Below are positions 1 through 13,457 of a stretch of 64,000 nucleotides of DNA, in pieces. The DNA is taken from positions 20,956,001 to 21,020,000 of the forward strand of contig CATNEN010000038.1 in the NCBI GenBank assembly GCA_950097015.1, read 5' to 3'. The position numbers were made by a program, and so were the translations under genes. Source of the DNA: Macrostomum hystrix (taxonomy: Eukaryota > Animalia > Platyhelminthes). The notes beneath the pieces are model-generated. The model made no database searches. It was not told the origin of the DNA and saw only the letters and a program-made list of their open reading frames with translations. Positions within the stretch are counted from its first letter, which is position 1. Each line of letters begins with the position of its first letter.

Positions 1-237
1 TGTTTAAGGTGGCGACCGCCATCAATTTCGCCGGTAAAAAGCCTTGTCCTCAGAAAGTAAAAGAGAGAAGACAAAAGATATTTCTGACGGAGTCCAAATA
101 GATATCATTTGATTGTATTCGCATTAGATTCGCATTAACGAAACAATCATTAAGGCATTTCATTTGAGTCCTTCTCTGAATGAAACAGGTCGGGCTGTAA
201 GAGAACATAGCTGTTTGCTAGTCGTTTGTAGTTGGCT

Positions 238-2445
238 ATGTTGTCCACAACGACACCGCCGACCCTGCTGCTGCTGCTGATGCTGCTCTGGACAGGTGAG
301 AATCACGAGTTCTTAAGACTAGCGTCTAGACTTCCTAGCCTTCCCATTTACTCTCTTCGCATCACCATCCCTTTATTTCCTTCACCACCCACTCTTCCCT
401 TCATCATCTCTCTCTTCTGTCACCATCCCTCTCTTTCTTTCACCATTCCTCTCTTCCATTCACCATCCCTCTCCTCCATTCACCATCCCTCTCCTCCATT
501 CACCATCCCTCTCCTCCATTCACCATCCCTCTCCTCCATTCACCATCCTTCTCCTCCATTCACCACCCCTCTCCTCCATTCACCATCCCTCTCCTCCATT
601 CACCATCCCTCTCCTCCATTCACCATCCCTCTCCTCCATTCACCATCCCTCTCCTCCATTCACCATCCCTCTCCTCCATTCACCATACCTCTCCTCCATT
701 CACCATCCCTCTCCTCCATTCACCATCCCTCTCCTCCATTCACCATCCCTCTCCTCCATTCACCATCCCTCTCCTCCATTCACCATCCCTCTCCTCCATT
801 CACCATCCCTCTCCTCCATTCACCATCCCTCTCCTCCATTCACCATCCCTCTCCTCCATTCACCATCCCTCTCAAACTCGCAGCTCCTGCAGTGGCGCAG
901 TCGGCCGCCGCAGCGCAGACCCCGTACGCCGCAATGGTGATTGTGGCTCTCATCCTGGCATTGATGGGAGCAGCACTGCTTGTAGTCCTTGTCGTTGTTT
1001 GTCATTTCGCCTGGCTACGCCAGACATCGTTGAAGCGTCGAGCGGCGAGGCAGCCTCAGCTGGCGCTGCCATCGACAGTGCCAAAGGGTCAGACAGTTAC
1101 CGACGCATCTTTGAAGCTGACGCAGAGACATGTACCACAACCGGAGCCTGTACCTAGCATCGCTGATCCTGCCCACATAGGACTGCAGATTCAAGAGCCT
1201 GTCATTGAAATTGTGAAAGTGCCAGCGATTCGGTCTCAGCCAAAGCTGACGCCGCAGTCGCCGCGGGTGGAGATGCGTCACACTGCCAGCCAGTTCCTGG
1301 AGTTTCTCAGCCGAAAGTGGAATATAGAGCAGCATCCGGCACCGGCTGCGAAGGTGGGCAAGAAATCCCGTGTTGCTAGCCAACCACAATCAAACTCAGA
1401 AAAAACCGCCGCATACCCAACAATCTCAGCAACGTAGGAACACCGCTTTTCTTCAATCGATAATTGGTTCGCCGATTTTCTCCCAATATCATTGTGGAAT
1501 TTTCCATTTTTGCAAACTTCTATAGTGGGATCGCCGATTTCGCCACCATTTCATAATGTGCCGTTTAAGCCAAAATTTTATAGTGGGATCGCCGATTTCA
1601 TCACCATTTCATAATGGGATCGCCGATTTCATCACCATTTCATAATGGGATCGCCGATTTTTCCCCAATTTCATAATGGGATCGCCGATTTCGTCAGAAT
1701 TTCTTAATGGGATCGTCGATTTAGCCAAAATTTTATAGTGGGATCGCCGATTTTGCCCCAATTTCATAATAAGATCGCCGATTTAGTTAGAATTTCGTAA
1801 CGGGATCGCCGATTTTGCCACAATTTCATAATGGGATCGCCAATTTTGTCACAATGTTATAGTGGGATCGCCGATTTTGCCCCAATTTCATAATGGGATC
1901 GCCGATTTCGTCAGAATTTCTTAATGCGATCGTCGATTTAGCCACAATTTTATAGTGGGATCGACGATTTCGCGCCAATTTCATAATGGGACCGCCGATT
2001 TTGTCACAATATAGCAGTGGATCGCCGATTTTGCCACAATCCAATAGTGGATTTCCGCAAAAAGATCAACTCCAAATGACCCCTCAACCCGCAGGAGCCT
2101 GAGATGACGACATTCAAGCCACCACAAGCAGACAGCCAGCCATCCGGTGCCGCGCCGCAGAACACCCAGCCAGTCTGGCCACAGCTCGGCGACGCCTTCT
2201 TTGACATCTGCGAGCAGGACGTTGGCCAGTACGACAATGCGCTGTCACAAGCCGCCGGGGATCGCGAAGCTGACCGCTACGAGATTGCCTTGGAGCTGAG
2301 AGACACGCGGCGGAGTCGGGCATCGACACCGGGACTAAGCGGCCGAATTTCGGAGGCGGAAAGCGACGATCAGCAGCAGCAGCAGCAACAACAACAACAG
2401 GAACAAAAAAGCGATTGGTTTGAAGAGGTTTCCGAGGCCTTGTGA
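238..2445 (+). CDS. Uncharacterised type I single-pass membrane protein, 3 exons (238-295, 884-1353, 2095-2445; ~292 aa)
   Basis: ATG at 238. Signal-peptide exon MLSTTTPPTLLLLLMLLWT ends at a phase-1 donor (CAG|GTGAG, 296). Acceptor CTCGCAG|883 restores frame and leads to the TM segment MVIVALILALMGAALLVVLVVVC. Phase-0 donor AAG|GTGGGC (1354) joins in frame to CCCGCAG|2095 and the 2104-2445 ORF. No family recognised. Confidence 0.6.
421..873. repeat. 20-bp minisatellite (CACCATCCCTCTCCTCCATT)n in intron 1 of the membrane-protein gene
   Basis: Direct tandem repeat, ~22 copies. Confidence 0.95.
1520..2045. repeat. Degenerate ~30-bp minisatellite with core GGGATCGCCGATTT in intron 2
   Basis: Core recurs about every 30 bp. 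Confidence 0.85.
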
Positions 2446-2624
2446 GCGGACATAACATGCTCTTTTCTCTCGTTGAAGTTTTTTTTTAATTCGCGTCATT
2501 TTCTGCGTGTTGCCTTTACCTATCATATAAGCAGACACAAGAAATGTAACTCGGTTTTTTAAGGGGTGTCCATCTTAAAAATAATTCGCTTACCGTTGAG
2601 AAAGGATGTCTACTTTAGAGGCAG

Positions 2625-4142
2625 GGGTGTCCGTCGTAGGGATAGGGGTGTCCATGTTAGAGATAGGGGCGTCCATCTTAGAGACAAGGGTGTCCGTCTT
2701 AGATACAAGTGTGTCCGTCTTAGATACAAGGGTGTCCATCTTAGAGACAAGGGTGTCCATCTTAGAGACAAGCGTGTCCATCTTAGAGACAAGGGTGTCC
2801 ATCTTAGAGACAAGGGTTTTCATCTGAGTGACAAGGGTGTCCATCTTAGTGACAAGGGTGTCCATCTTAGAGACAAGGGTGTCCATCTTAGAGACAAGGG
2901 TTTTCATCTGAGTGACAAGGGTGTCCATCTTAGAGACAAGGGTGTCCATCTTAGAGACAAGGGTGTCCATCTTAGAGACAAGGGTGTCCATCTTAGAGAC
3001 AAGGGTGTCCATCTTAGAGACAAGGGTTTTCATCTGAGTGACAAGGGTGTCCATCTTAGTGACAAGGGTGTCCATCTTAGAGACAAGGGTGTCCATCTTG
3101 GAGACAAGGGTGTCGATCTTAGAGACAAGGGTGTCGATCTTAGAGACAAGGGTGTTCATCTTAGAGACAAGGGTGTCCATCTTAGTGACAAGGGTGTCCG
3201 TCTTAGAGACAAGCGTGTCCATCTTAGAGACAAGGGTGTCCATCTTAGTGACAAGGGTGTCCATCTGAGAGACAAGGGTGTCCATCTTAGTGACAAGGGT
3301 GTCCATCTTAGTGACAAGGGTGTCCGTCTTAGAGACAAGGGTGTCCATCTTAGAGACAAGGGTGTCCGTCTTAGAGACAAGGGTGTCCATCTGAGAGACA
3401 AGGGTGTCCGTCTGAGAGACAAGGGTGTCCATCTGAGTGACAAGGGTGTCCATCTTAGTGACAAGGGTGTCCGTCTTAGAGACTAGGGTGTCCATCTGAG
3501 AGACAAGGGTGTCCATCTTAGTGACAAGGGTGTCCATCTGAGAGACAAGGGTGTCCATCTGAGTGACAAGGGTGTCCATCTTAGTGACAAGGGTGTCCAT
3601 CTTAGAGACAAGGGTGTCCATCTTGGAGACAAGGGTGTCGATCTTAGAGACAAGGGTGTCGATCTTAGAGACAAGGGTGTTCATCTTAGAGACAAGGGTG
3701 TCCATCTTAGTGACAAGGGTGTCCGTCTTAGAGACAAGCGTGTCCATCTTAGAGACAAGGGTGTCCATCTTAGTGACAAGGGTGTCCATCTGAGAGACAA
3801 GGGTGTCCATCTGAGAGACAAGGGTGTCCATCTTAGAGACAAGGGTGTTCATCTTAGAGACAAGGGTGTCCATCTTAGTGACAAGGGTGTCCGTCTTAGA
3901 GACAAGCGTGTCCATCTTAGAGACAAGGGTGTCCATCTTAGTGACAAGGGTGTCCATCTGAGAGACAAGGGTGTCCATCTGAGAGACAAGGGTGTCCATC
4001 TGAGTGACAAGGGTGTCCGTCTTAGAGACAAGGGTGTCCATCTTAGTGACAAGGGTGTCCGTCTTAGAGACAAGGGTGTCCGTCTTAGAGACAAGGGTGT
4101 CCATCTGAGAGACAAGGGTGTCCATCTTAGTGACAAGGGTGT
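2625..4142. repeat. 21-bp minisatellite (GACAAGGGTGTCCATCTTAGA)n
   Basis: Tandem array of ~70 units; source of the spurious MDTLVSK/DKGVHLR ORFs. Confidence 0.95.
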
Positions 4143-4766
4143 TGATTTTTGTGACAGGTGGTTCTATTTGCCTTTAAAGGTAACAATATTTTCGCGTTTT
4201 TCTTCTTAAATACAAGTTTTTTTAATTGCTTATCAAAGACGCTTTACTGTTATAAAAATTATGAAAATTATGCAAATCTTTGATACCACTAAACGGACAA
4301 ATCGATTATAAATTTGCGTCATTTTTGCTTTTAAACGAGTTTACTGCTTTTTGCATGAATAAAATTGCAAGAATCAATCAATTGTAAATTGGAAACTATT
4401 TATTACAATTTAGAAATACCTTGTCCATGGCAAAAGTATTGTTTACCATAGACAAATCTTAGATACGATATCCTTAAAAAGTACATACAATTTACAACAT
4501 TTTTACATTGCTCTTATATTTTTACGTACAGCTCATACTCAGCCTCTATATTACAGCTTTGTTTAGATAAAATAAATTGTTATCTTTCAAATTTATCAAT
4601 CGCTTCTTGCCTACGGAGAAAAGTTCTGCTTGCTATAGTACTTTTATAATATATTGACATGGTTTTAGAATAGCCGCCAATACTAGCTCGTATCATCGTG
4701 GTTTAAAATGTTTGTCATGGGGCTTTCATGAATCTAATAATTATGCCTTTTATGTGTTCAGTCCGC

Positions 4767-6724
4767 CCCTGTCCAATCAGAGCAGTGAAACCCTGTCCAA
4801 TCAGAGCAGTGAAACCCTGTCCAATCAGAGCAGTAAAACCCTGTCCAATCAGAGCAGTGCAACCCTGTCCAATCAGAGCAGTGAAACCCTGTCCAATCAG
4901 AGCAGTGAAACCCTGTCCAATCAGAGCAGTGAAACCCTGTCCAATCAGAGCAGTGAAACCCAGTCCAATCAGAGCAGTGAAACCCTGTCCAATCAGAGCA
5001 GTGAAACCCTGTCCAATCAGAGCAGTGAAACCCAGTCCAATCAGAGCAGTGAAACCCTGTCCAATCAGAGCAGTGAAAACCTGTCCAATCAGAGCAGTGA
5101 AACCCTGTCCAATCAGAGCAGTGAAACCCTGTCCAATCAGAGCAGTGAAACCCTGTCCAATCAGAGCAGTGAAACCCTGTCCAATCAGAGCAGTGAAACC
5201 CTGTCCAATCAGAGCAGTGAAACCCTGTCCAATCAGAGCAGTGAAACCCTGTCCAGTCAGAGCAGTGAAACCCTGTCCAATCAGAGCAGTAAAACCCTGT
5301 CCAATCAGAGCAGTAAAACCCTGTCCAATCAGAGCAGTGAAACCCTGTCCAATCAGAGCAGTGAAACTCTGTCCAATCAGAGCAGTGAAAACCTGTCCAA
5401 TCAGAGCAGTGAAACCCTGTCCAATCAGAGCAGTGAAACCCTGTCCAATCAGAGCAGTGAAACCCAGTCCAATCAGAGCAGTGAAACCCTGTCCAATCAG
5501 AGCAGTGAAACCCTGTCCAATCAGAGCAGTGAAACCCAGTCCAATCAGAGCAGTGAAACCCAGTCCAATCAGAGCAGTGAAACCCTGTCCAATCAGAGCA
5601 GTGAAACCCTGTCCAATCAGAGCAGTGAAACCCTGTCCAATCAGAGCAGTGAAACCCTGTCCAATCAGAGCAGTGAAACCCTGTCCAATCAGAGCAGTGA
5701 AACCCTGTCCAGTCAGAGCAGTGAAACCCTGTCCAATCAGAGCAGTAAAACCCTGTCCAATCAGAGCAGTAAAACCCTGTCCAATCAGAGCAGTGAAACT
5801 GAGATGTAGCCACTCACACCAAATGCGTTCTAGCGTAATCTCTCCAACGCACCACTTCCTATATGCTGATTTGCTAAACGCAGGCTACCAATGACAGCTT
5901 AACAACACGCTATATATATAACATACGAAAGTGCGAAGCAGTCAACTTTCCGTTCCCACTACCTTAGCTTCTTCCATCTCCTAGTCTCGCTAGCAAATCA
6001 ATCTAAAGTTATAATAGTCAACTGACTACCGACTCAATCACATAGACAACAGGCCTTAGCCTTGAACTGCTGAATATTCGACGAGTCTGATAAGTACCAC
6101 GTTCCTGACTGCTTCTTACTTAGTATTCTGATTGCTCACCATCATTGTGCATTGCTTAATCAACACCAGTAATACGATTGGAAATATAACACCCAAGAGA
6201 AGGTTTAACACCGCTGGAAACTTGAGTTGAACTTGCCGCTGATTGACTCAACACAGGATATACGTATTTAGAACAGAGAGTTAGAGAGCATCATAGAGAA
6301 GATAACGATAAAGTATATCAAAACCCTGTCCAATCAGAGCAGTGAAACCCTGTCCAATCAGAGCAGTGAAACCCTGTCCAATCAGAGCAGTGAAACCCAG
6401 TCCAATCAGAGCAGTGAAACCCTGTCCAATCAGAGCAGTGAAACCCTGTCCCATCAGAGCAGTGAAACCCTGTCCAATCAGAGCAGTGAAACCCTGTCCA
6501 ATCAGAGCAGTGAAACCCTGTCCAATAAGAGCAGTGAAACCCTGTCCAATCGGAGCAGTGAAACCCTGTCCAATCAGAGCAGTGAAAACCTGTCCAATCA
6601 GAGCAGTAAAACCCTGTCCAATCAGAGGAGTGAAACCCTGTCCAATCAGAGCAGTGAAACCCTGTCCAATCGGAGCAGTGAAACCCTGTCCAATCAGAGC
6701 AGTGAAACCCTGTCCAATCAGAGC
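4767..6724. repeat. 24-bp CCAAT-containing minisatellite (CCCTGTCCAATCAGAGCAGTGAAA)n, interrupted by a solo LTR
   Basis: Blocks 4767-5799 and 6321-6724 share the same unit. Confidence 0.95.
5800..6320. mobile_element. Solo LTR (521 bp, TG...CA, 4-bp TSD AAAC), probably Ty3/Gypsy-type
   Basis: Starts TGAGATG and ends TATATCA. AAAC of the repeat unit is duplicated on both sides, with the repeat unit serving as the empty site. Internal TATATATA at ~5911. Confidence 0.8.
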
Positions 6725-8023
6725 TATTTAAAGAGAATAAACTCTTGATTACAAGAAAAACATGAAACTAAAACTTTCTGTTTCTGGTAACAATTTGTAA
6801 TTTTATATTTGATTTAAACATTTAGCAGAATAATAGCCATGAAAGTGCATTGTGCATAATTGATAATAAAATGCATTTCGCAGTCTTCGCAGCGGCGCGT
6901 TAAACAATTAGCATAATCAAAGTGCCGAAATGAATATAAACTGTCTGTATGATATTTCCGATCATAAAATAAGTATATGAACATATTTGACATATTTGTT
7001 TGACAAGGCAAGTTCAAATGGAGACCTGTAGTTTTGGAATGACGATTGCCAATTTTTTAAAAAAGCAATCAGCCCTTCTTAAAACACAATTTAAAAAAAG
7101 CATTTTTAACAGGAAAGCATTGATCGATGCAACTGAAGGTTGTTTTTCTGCTTTTCAATTTTTTCTTTACAAAGAAAACGGCTAAAACAAATGATTCTCA
7201 AAGCGAATATAGAAGAAAATGCTATGCGTGCTATGTAAGCATATATTAGGCTGAGACAACATAGAAAAATATTAAAAACAAATACACTTGCTTTACACAA
7301 TCGTACAGTCTTCAATAGTACAAAATGCCGCTAGCTCTTTGCTGAAATAACCACCAGTAAACTTCGTTAAAACTAAATGACAGTACTAATGACTATAATA
7401 GCAATGGCACGCTGTAAAACAAACCTGTCAACTTACCTCAACACAAAGCGGCAACAAATATTCATTTTTTAAAAGATAATCACAACTTTTTAATACGGCC
7501 CTAGATTATATAAATTCACATACTACTCAAAAGTAGGATTGGCCAGGTCATGTTCATTTAATTATTAAAAAAGTGAATAGACAACAAAGACAATTAATCG
7601 ATATACAACTTAGCGCAACCGTGATGCACATGGCCAGATCAGCTTTTTTGTGCAACAGGTGTGAGTGGTGTGGTGCTGAGTTTCTACATGGCGCATAAAT
7701 TGCTGCACCCACCCGCCCTAGGGGGGAAAAAGATCCCTCCTAGGTATGGGTGGGGAGGTCAGCTCTTTTTAAGAGTAGGAACTACGATTTTTAGTTTAGA
7801 GATTCTATAATCCCACTAGATAGTCCCCGGATATCTATAGTTAAGAATGCCCTGTAAAAAAATCCCAAAATTATAATCCCAATTCCTAATTACTGTTAAG
7901 AATAATCCCAAATTCTTTATTCTAATATATAAGATCGACAGGAAGACAAAATGGATGCAACAAACACTAGGAATGTCACGGCCATAGGGTGGGTGGCGGT
8001 GATTGGCTGCAGGAGCTAGCCAA

Positions 8024-10622
8024 TCAGAACAGAACATCGCCAGCGGCTAGACGCTCCAGTCGACTGTGCCTGCTGCGACTGTTCTGGCGCTCCCAGGCGC
8101 GACCAACTCGTTGGAATTCGGCCAGCTCTGCTTTGTAGACTGGGTCCACCATCTTCACGTAGTTGGGCGGCTGACAGTTGCACTGTTAGTGATTTCGGTG
8201 CGCAATACTGTTAGTCAATGTGCCATGGATTGGTACAGGTAGAGAAGGGAGGACAGCGACAGAAACTGGACAGGGTGAAAGGTTTGTAGAATGAGAAAAA
8301 GGTGTCGGGTGTGAAAACGGTTTGTAGAGAAAGGTGGATAGATGAGAGAAGAAATGTGAGTAGAGCGAGAGAAAGGTTTTTAATATGGTGGGATATAAAT
8401 AGTGAGGGAAATATGGGTAGAGTGAGGGAAATATGGGTAGGGATAGAGTGGAAGAGGAGTGTCAGAGTGGTAGGAGAGGTAAAGTTGGAGAGGGAGTGTC
8501 AGAGTAGTAGGAGAGGTAAAGTGGGAGAGGGAGTCAGAGTAGTAGGAGAGGTAAAGTGGGAGAGGGAGTGTCAGAGTGGTAGGAGAGGTAAAGTGGGAGA
8601 GGGAGTGTCAGAGTAGTAGGAGAGGTAAAGTGGGAGAGGGAGTGTCAGAGTAGTAGGAGAGGTAAAGTGGGAGAGGGAGTGTCAGAGTTGTAGGAGAGGT
8701 AAAGTGGGAGAGGGAGTGTCAGAGTGGTTAGTGGTAGGAGAGGTAAAGTGGGAGAGGGAGTGTCAGAGTTGTAGGAGAGGTAAAGTGGGAGAGGGAGTGT
8801 CAGAGTGGTTAGTGGTAGGAGAGGTAAAGTGGGAGAGGGAGTGTCAGAGTGGTTAGTGGTAGGAGAGGTAAAGTGGGAGAGGGAGTGTCAGAGTGGTTAG
8901 TGGTAGGAGAGGTAAAGTGGGAGAGGGAGTGTCAGAGTGGTTAGTGGTAGGAGAGGTAAAGTGGGAGAGGGAGTGTCAGAGTGGTTAGTGGTAGGAGAGG
9001 TAAAGTGGGAGAGGAAGTGTCAGAGTAGTAGGAGAGGAAAAGGGGGAGAGGGAGTGTCAGAGTGGTAGGAGGGGTAGAGTGGAAAAATGGTGCGGCATCT
9101 GAGACAGGTATGGTAGGAGGCATGCGTAGAGTTAGTGGGAGTGAGTAAAGTCAAGAGGTAGCGGGAGAAAGTAGAGAGCTGGAGCGAAGGAGGAAAGCAC
9201 TATTGACAATGCACACGTAGAAATCACCTTGAAATGCTCATAGAAGGCCTTGTAGCCACCCTGCAGCACGTAGACCTCCGGATAGTACAGATCCGGATAG
9301 TTAGTAGCATTGGCCTCCCGGTCGCATTGGCGTAGTAACCGGGCCATTTTTGGCGCCCGCTCGCTGCTGAACTCACAGTGGAAGATCAGCACGGTGGCGG
9401 CGGCTGGCCGACCAGCCGGGCCGGCGCTGCGTACTGGCTCCAGGAAGCGCCGTAGAAGTTCCTCCTGGTAGATGTCGATGATTTGGGTATTCTTGATTGA
9501 TACAGAAAAAACACCAACCGGCACTGATACTCTACTAATAATAGTAGCTGATATTCTCACCTGGTTATAAATGTTAACAGCGCCTCGAATGTGGCCACCG
9601 GAAAACTCGTACGGGTAGCGGCAGTCGATGATCGCGTAGCTGGTCACGGTGTCGGCGAACTCGCCGTTCACCAGCCGGCTGACAGTGGCGCTAGTCACGT
9701 GACGAATTCCGTAATCGAGCTCCTTGACGGTAGGAAGCGCATGCTGCTGCTCCGAGTTGCCAATGAGATTCAGAGAGTCGATGGAAGCAATGGCTCGGTC
9801 CACTCTGGCGGAGTCTAAAGCAGTCGACACAGACTCCTGACGATGCATAGTCGGTCGTACAGGGGCATCGACGGCGGCGCCGCAAGTCACCTCGCTGGAG
9901 CAGCGGTGAAGAGCCGCTAGACGCTGCTGCTGATTCTGAATCAGTGACGGCTTCTTGAAGCCGAATGTCGGCGTAGTCGAATTTGTTAGATCGCCTAACG
10001 GCCTGGCTAGACGACGGCGTTTCGGTGTGCCGCCGGAGCCGGCGGACTTGCCTTCGTCAAGAGTCTTCGTCGACATGGAATCGCGCCGACACTCCGAGTC
10101 CTCGTCGTCAGTGGTGCTGTAGCAGTCCTCAGTGTTGTTGCTAGGCGTTCTCGCGTTGTCCCTGCTGGTTATGGTCCTCGCTGCGCTAGGCGAAGGTCTC
10201 TTGCACGACTGCCGGCGACTCCCAGACGATGTCTTCGTCGATGGCGGGGGAGCGGACGGCTTTCTCGGCAGCAGTTCAGAGGCTAATCTCTGGCCACCTG
10301 ACTTAGTCCTCGGTCCCGGCTCCGACGGCGACGGACGGAAAGCCACGACTCCTAGCGGCTGCCAGTCCATGCCGGAATCTTCCTTGTCGTCCTCGTCGTC
10401 CTCTTCCTCGTCGTCGTCGAAGCTCAACGGTACAGGGAGCGTCAGGCCGGCTCTTGGCGAATCAACGAAGCGCATGAACGAATCGTCGTGACCGCAGTCG
10501 TCGTAGCCGAAGCCGACATTGTCGCTGAATGGCATTCTACCACGCGGACTAAATACAGTCGCCGCCGCTGCCGCTGCGGATGGCCTAATGTTTTCCTGAT
10601 CCTCAGTAAAAGACACTTCCAT
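8024..10622 (-). CDS. CDC25: CDC25/String M-phase inducer phosphatase, 3 exons (10622-9561, 9464-9228, 8182-8024; ~485 aa)
   Basis: Motifs IIDCRYPYEFSGGHIRGAVN, catalytic HCEFSSERAP, YPDLYYPEVYVLQGGYKAFY. The last exon CNCQPPNYVKMVDPVYKAELAEFQRVGRAW matches the Cdc25 C-terminus. GT-AG phase-0 introns at 9465-9560 and 8183-9227. Confidence 0.95.
8455..9070. repeat. Purine-rich ~37/44-bp minisatellite (AGGAGAGGTAAAGTGGGAGAGGGAGTGTCAGAGTAGT)n in CDC25 intron 2
   Basis: Tandem repeat. Confidence 0.9.
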
Positions 10623-12065
10623 GATTATTGCTTGCTTTTCTCCGTGTTCACTTTCTCAGGAATGGCAAGCCTTTGGAGGACGACTAATAAAACAGCTTCG
10701 CAGCCTAATGACAAACAACAGAGTCTATCTATCGAGCTTAGCTTTTTAGCTCCTAAGGCAACAGATTTACATGATCATCGTCTGGTCTGGTCTTAGTCCT
10801 TTTATTAACGAAACCAACTATGGGAGGTTGTCGTCGCTTCGATCGGTAAGGGGAGGGCCCGCGCCCAAGAATTGGGGTGGCGGGTGGTTTGGCCTTCGGG
10901 GGCCCGGCGGATTGATTTTAGGGGTGTGGCGTGCCGGTCGGGCCACGCTGTCTGAAATTTTTCTAACCCCTCAGCTGGCCAGGGCCCCAGTCGGTAGTGT
11001 GGAAAGGGTTTTGGGTGATGGGGTGTTTTAGATACTCCAGCCAATAAGAAGCCGACAGCTACACAGCTGATTATTTTAACAAACGGCAACCCTACTTCGA
11101 CAGACAAAAAACCGATGACTGGTCGAACCGTCAAAGCGAGCGCCTCGGAAATGTACATTCTCTGTACATTCTCTATATCTGAACTGTGCCTGCCTCCGAG
11201 ACCAAACCGGGGGCTTAAACATCGTCCTCTAATATGTTCAATATCGTTTGAAATAATAGATAGCAGATCTTAGCTTCCACTGAAATAGTTTAAGTTGATA
11301 ACGGGGTTATCTAGTAAAACGAAAGATATTATACACGTATATATAGCCAATTCAAGTTCTTTAGTCTATACAATAGCACTTCTTATTATAATAAGAAGAA
11401 AACTAAATATGTTTTCAATATCTGTCTCGGTCTTAGTATGTACTTTTTACTGTAGATTATTAACCAGGACAACAAGTACGGCTGCCTTATCAGTGGAAGA
11501 TGTAGTAAAAGGCTTCTAAAGGTAGGTAGGTAAGGTAGTAAATAAAGCTTCTAGCAATTATTTTAATTGTGATACCTACTTTTAGGCCCCATACTAAAGA
11601 CTAAACTCAATGCTGCCTCTATTAAAAAAGCCCCCCATTAAAATCTAGTCATCAGGTGTCAATCAACAAAATAAGTTGCAAATGACGCGAAAATAACGAT
11701 GGCGTGTGCGTGTTGACACGCCGTCTAGCTATAGACGTCTATACGCTCGTATAAACTCACTAATTCCTTTAAAACCTTCGTCGGCTCATTTTCTTACGTC
11801 TACCCGCTCCAGGGGGCAGGGCCGCGAGACGACGCACATGCATCATAACCTTCTTAAGCCTTGGGAATGCAGATCTTAATCTTCGTGTTGGCATATTGAT
11901 TGAATAGGCTATCTATAGGCTCGATCGAGTATGACCAAAAGCGACATTCTTGACTTGACTTCGTTGGCTGGATATACGATCAGGGGTTAAAAAATTAATT
12001 CTAGACTCCTAGAAAGTCACGGAATATAGGATATAAAATTACGCAAACCAAATGCCTATAGATAG

Positions 12066-12306
12066 GAGAGAGAAGCACCTAGGTGGGGGAGAATCAGATG
12101 GGAGAGAGAAGCACCTAGGTGGGGAGAATCAGATGGGAGAGAGAAGCACCTAGGTGGGGAGAATCAGATGGGAGAGAGAAGCACCTAGGTGGGGAGAATC
12201 AGATGGGAGAGAGAAGCACCTAGGTGGGGAGAATCAGATGGGAGAGAGAAGCACCTAGGTGGGGAGAATCAGATGGGAGAGAGAAGCACCTAGGTGGGGA
12301 GAATTA
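12066..12306. repeat. 35-bp minisatellite (GGAGAGAGAAGCACCTAGGTGGGGAGAATCAGATG)n
   Basis: ~7 near-perfect copies. Confidence 0.9.
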
Positions 12307-13369
12307 GATCGATTAGGAGAGAAAACAAAATTCGTTTTGGGAGAAATGACAGAGAGAGAAGCTACAACTCGGTTTGGCAGAAACGCAGAGAAGTGAAACA
12401 TTAGATGCAGGATAGCAGTTGCATCGTGCATGGAAACTATATATAGCCTAAGAAAAAAAGATGAATGATTGAGGAAGGACACAATGCTATGAATAATAAA
12501 CCTCGGAGGCATCGTAAACTGTACCGAAATCCAGAACAGCAACTGGATGTCTGGAATCGGAAGAATAATTAAGCTTAGAAACAGGCCAGCGAGGCGTGCA
12601 AAAAACTCCCATCATTTATTGGACATTCGTCTCGCTTTTTAGATTCATGGGTTTTAGATTTCCCAAGCCCAGAGTTTGACAGAACTAACTGCCATACGCT
12701 GTCTAAAAATGATGATCGATGATGAATGATGAATGATGAATGATCAGCTGTAGGATGATGAACAGCTGAGCGGGCACGGAATGTTGGCATCCATTGTGTC
12801 CAACCCCCAACTTCAGCTGTGACTCAACATACTATTATACAATACGTACGCAACATTATAACTATTAGTTATATCCCTTTTTGTCACCAATAGGCCGATA
12901 CTGGCGCAAATACCCGGATGTTTAATAAATAAATATTCTCTGAAGCAAAATATTAGAAATTTCTGAATGTGAGAAAAAGAATTAGCAGGATTATTTAGAA
13001 TCCTGCTTTGTTTAAACTGCGTGGCTTATTGACAAGCGAAAATGCATTGTTTAGCTGGCTTACACATAGCTGCGGCTTGTGTGTTAGTTGCGTAATGTAG
13101 CTAAACTCAAAATCTAGTCAGATGGAATGCAAAATATACTATATTATGTGCTCAAACAGGGCTTCTGTGTATAGCATTCAATCCAAGATGACATTATACA
13201 GAAGTCCTCGGGTAAGTGATACTAGACACCCTTCGGACTATAGACAATTGTATTGATTGCTTCCTATTTACCCGATAGGGGCACTTTTAAATTTGATTTC
13301 CTAGAACAGCTCATCCTAGAACAGCTCATAGAAGAAATCGAAATGCGTTAAAACTGAGGGGGATAGAAC

Positions 13370-13457
13370 CATGGATGAATGAATAGAATTTCTATTCATT
13401 TCTATTCATTTCTATTCATTCTATTCTGTTCTATTCATTTCTATTCATTCATCCATG
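13370..13457. mobile_element. 88-bp hAT-type MITE
   Basis: Perfect 19-bp TIR CATGGATGAATGAATAGAA; 8-bp TSD GATAGAAC at 13362-13369 and 13458-13465. Confidence 0.75.

Noticed and set aside
2566-4136. Long heptad-like ORFs (MDTLVSK, DKGVHLR)
   Set aside because: Translations of a 21-bp minisatellite; open in several frames and strands, no unique domain
4712-6731. ORFs SNQSSETL / PCPIRAVK / FHCSDWTG
   Set aside because: 24-bp repeat artefacts, interrupted by an LTR
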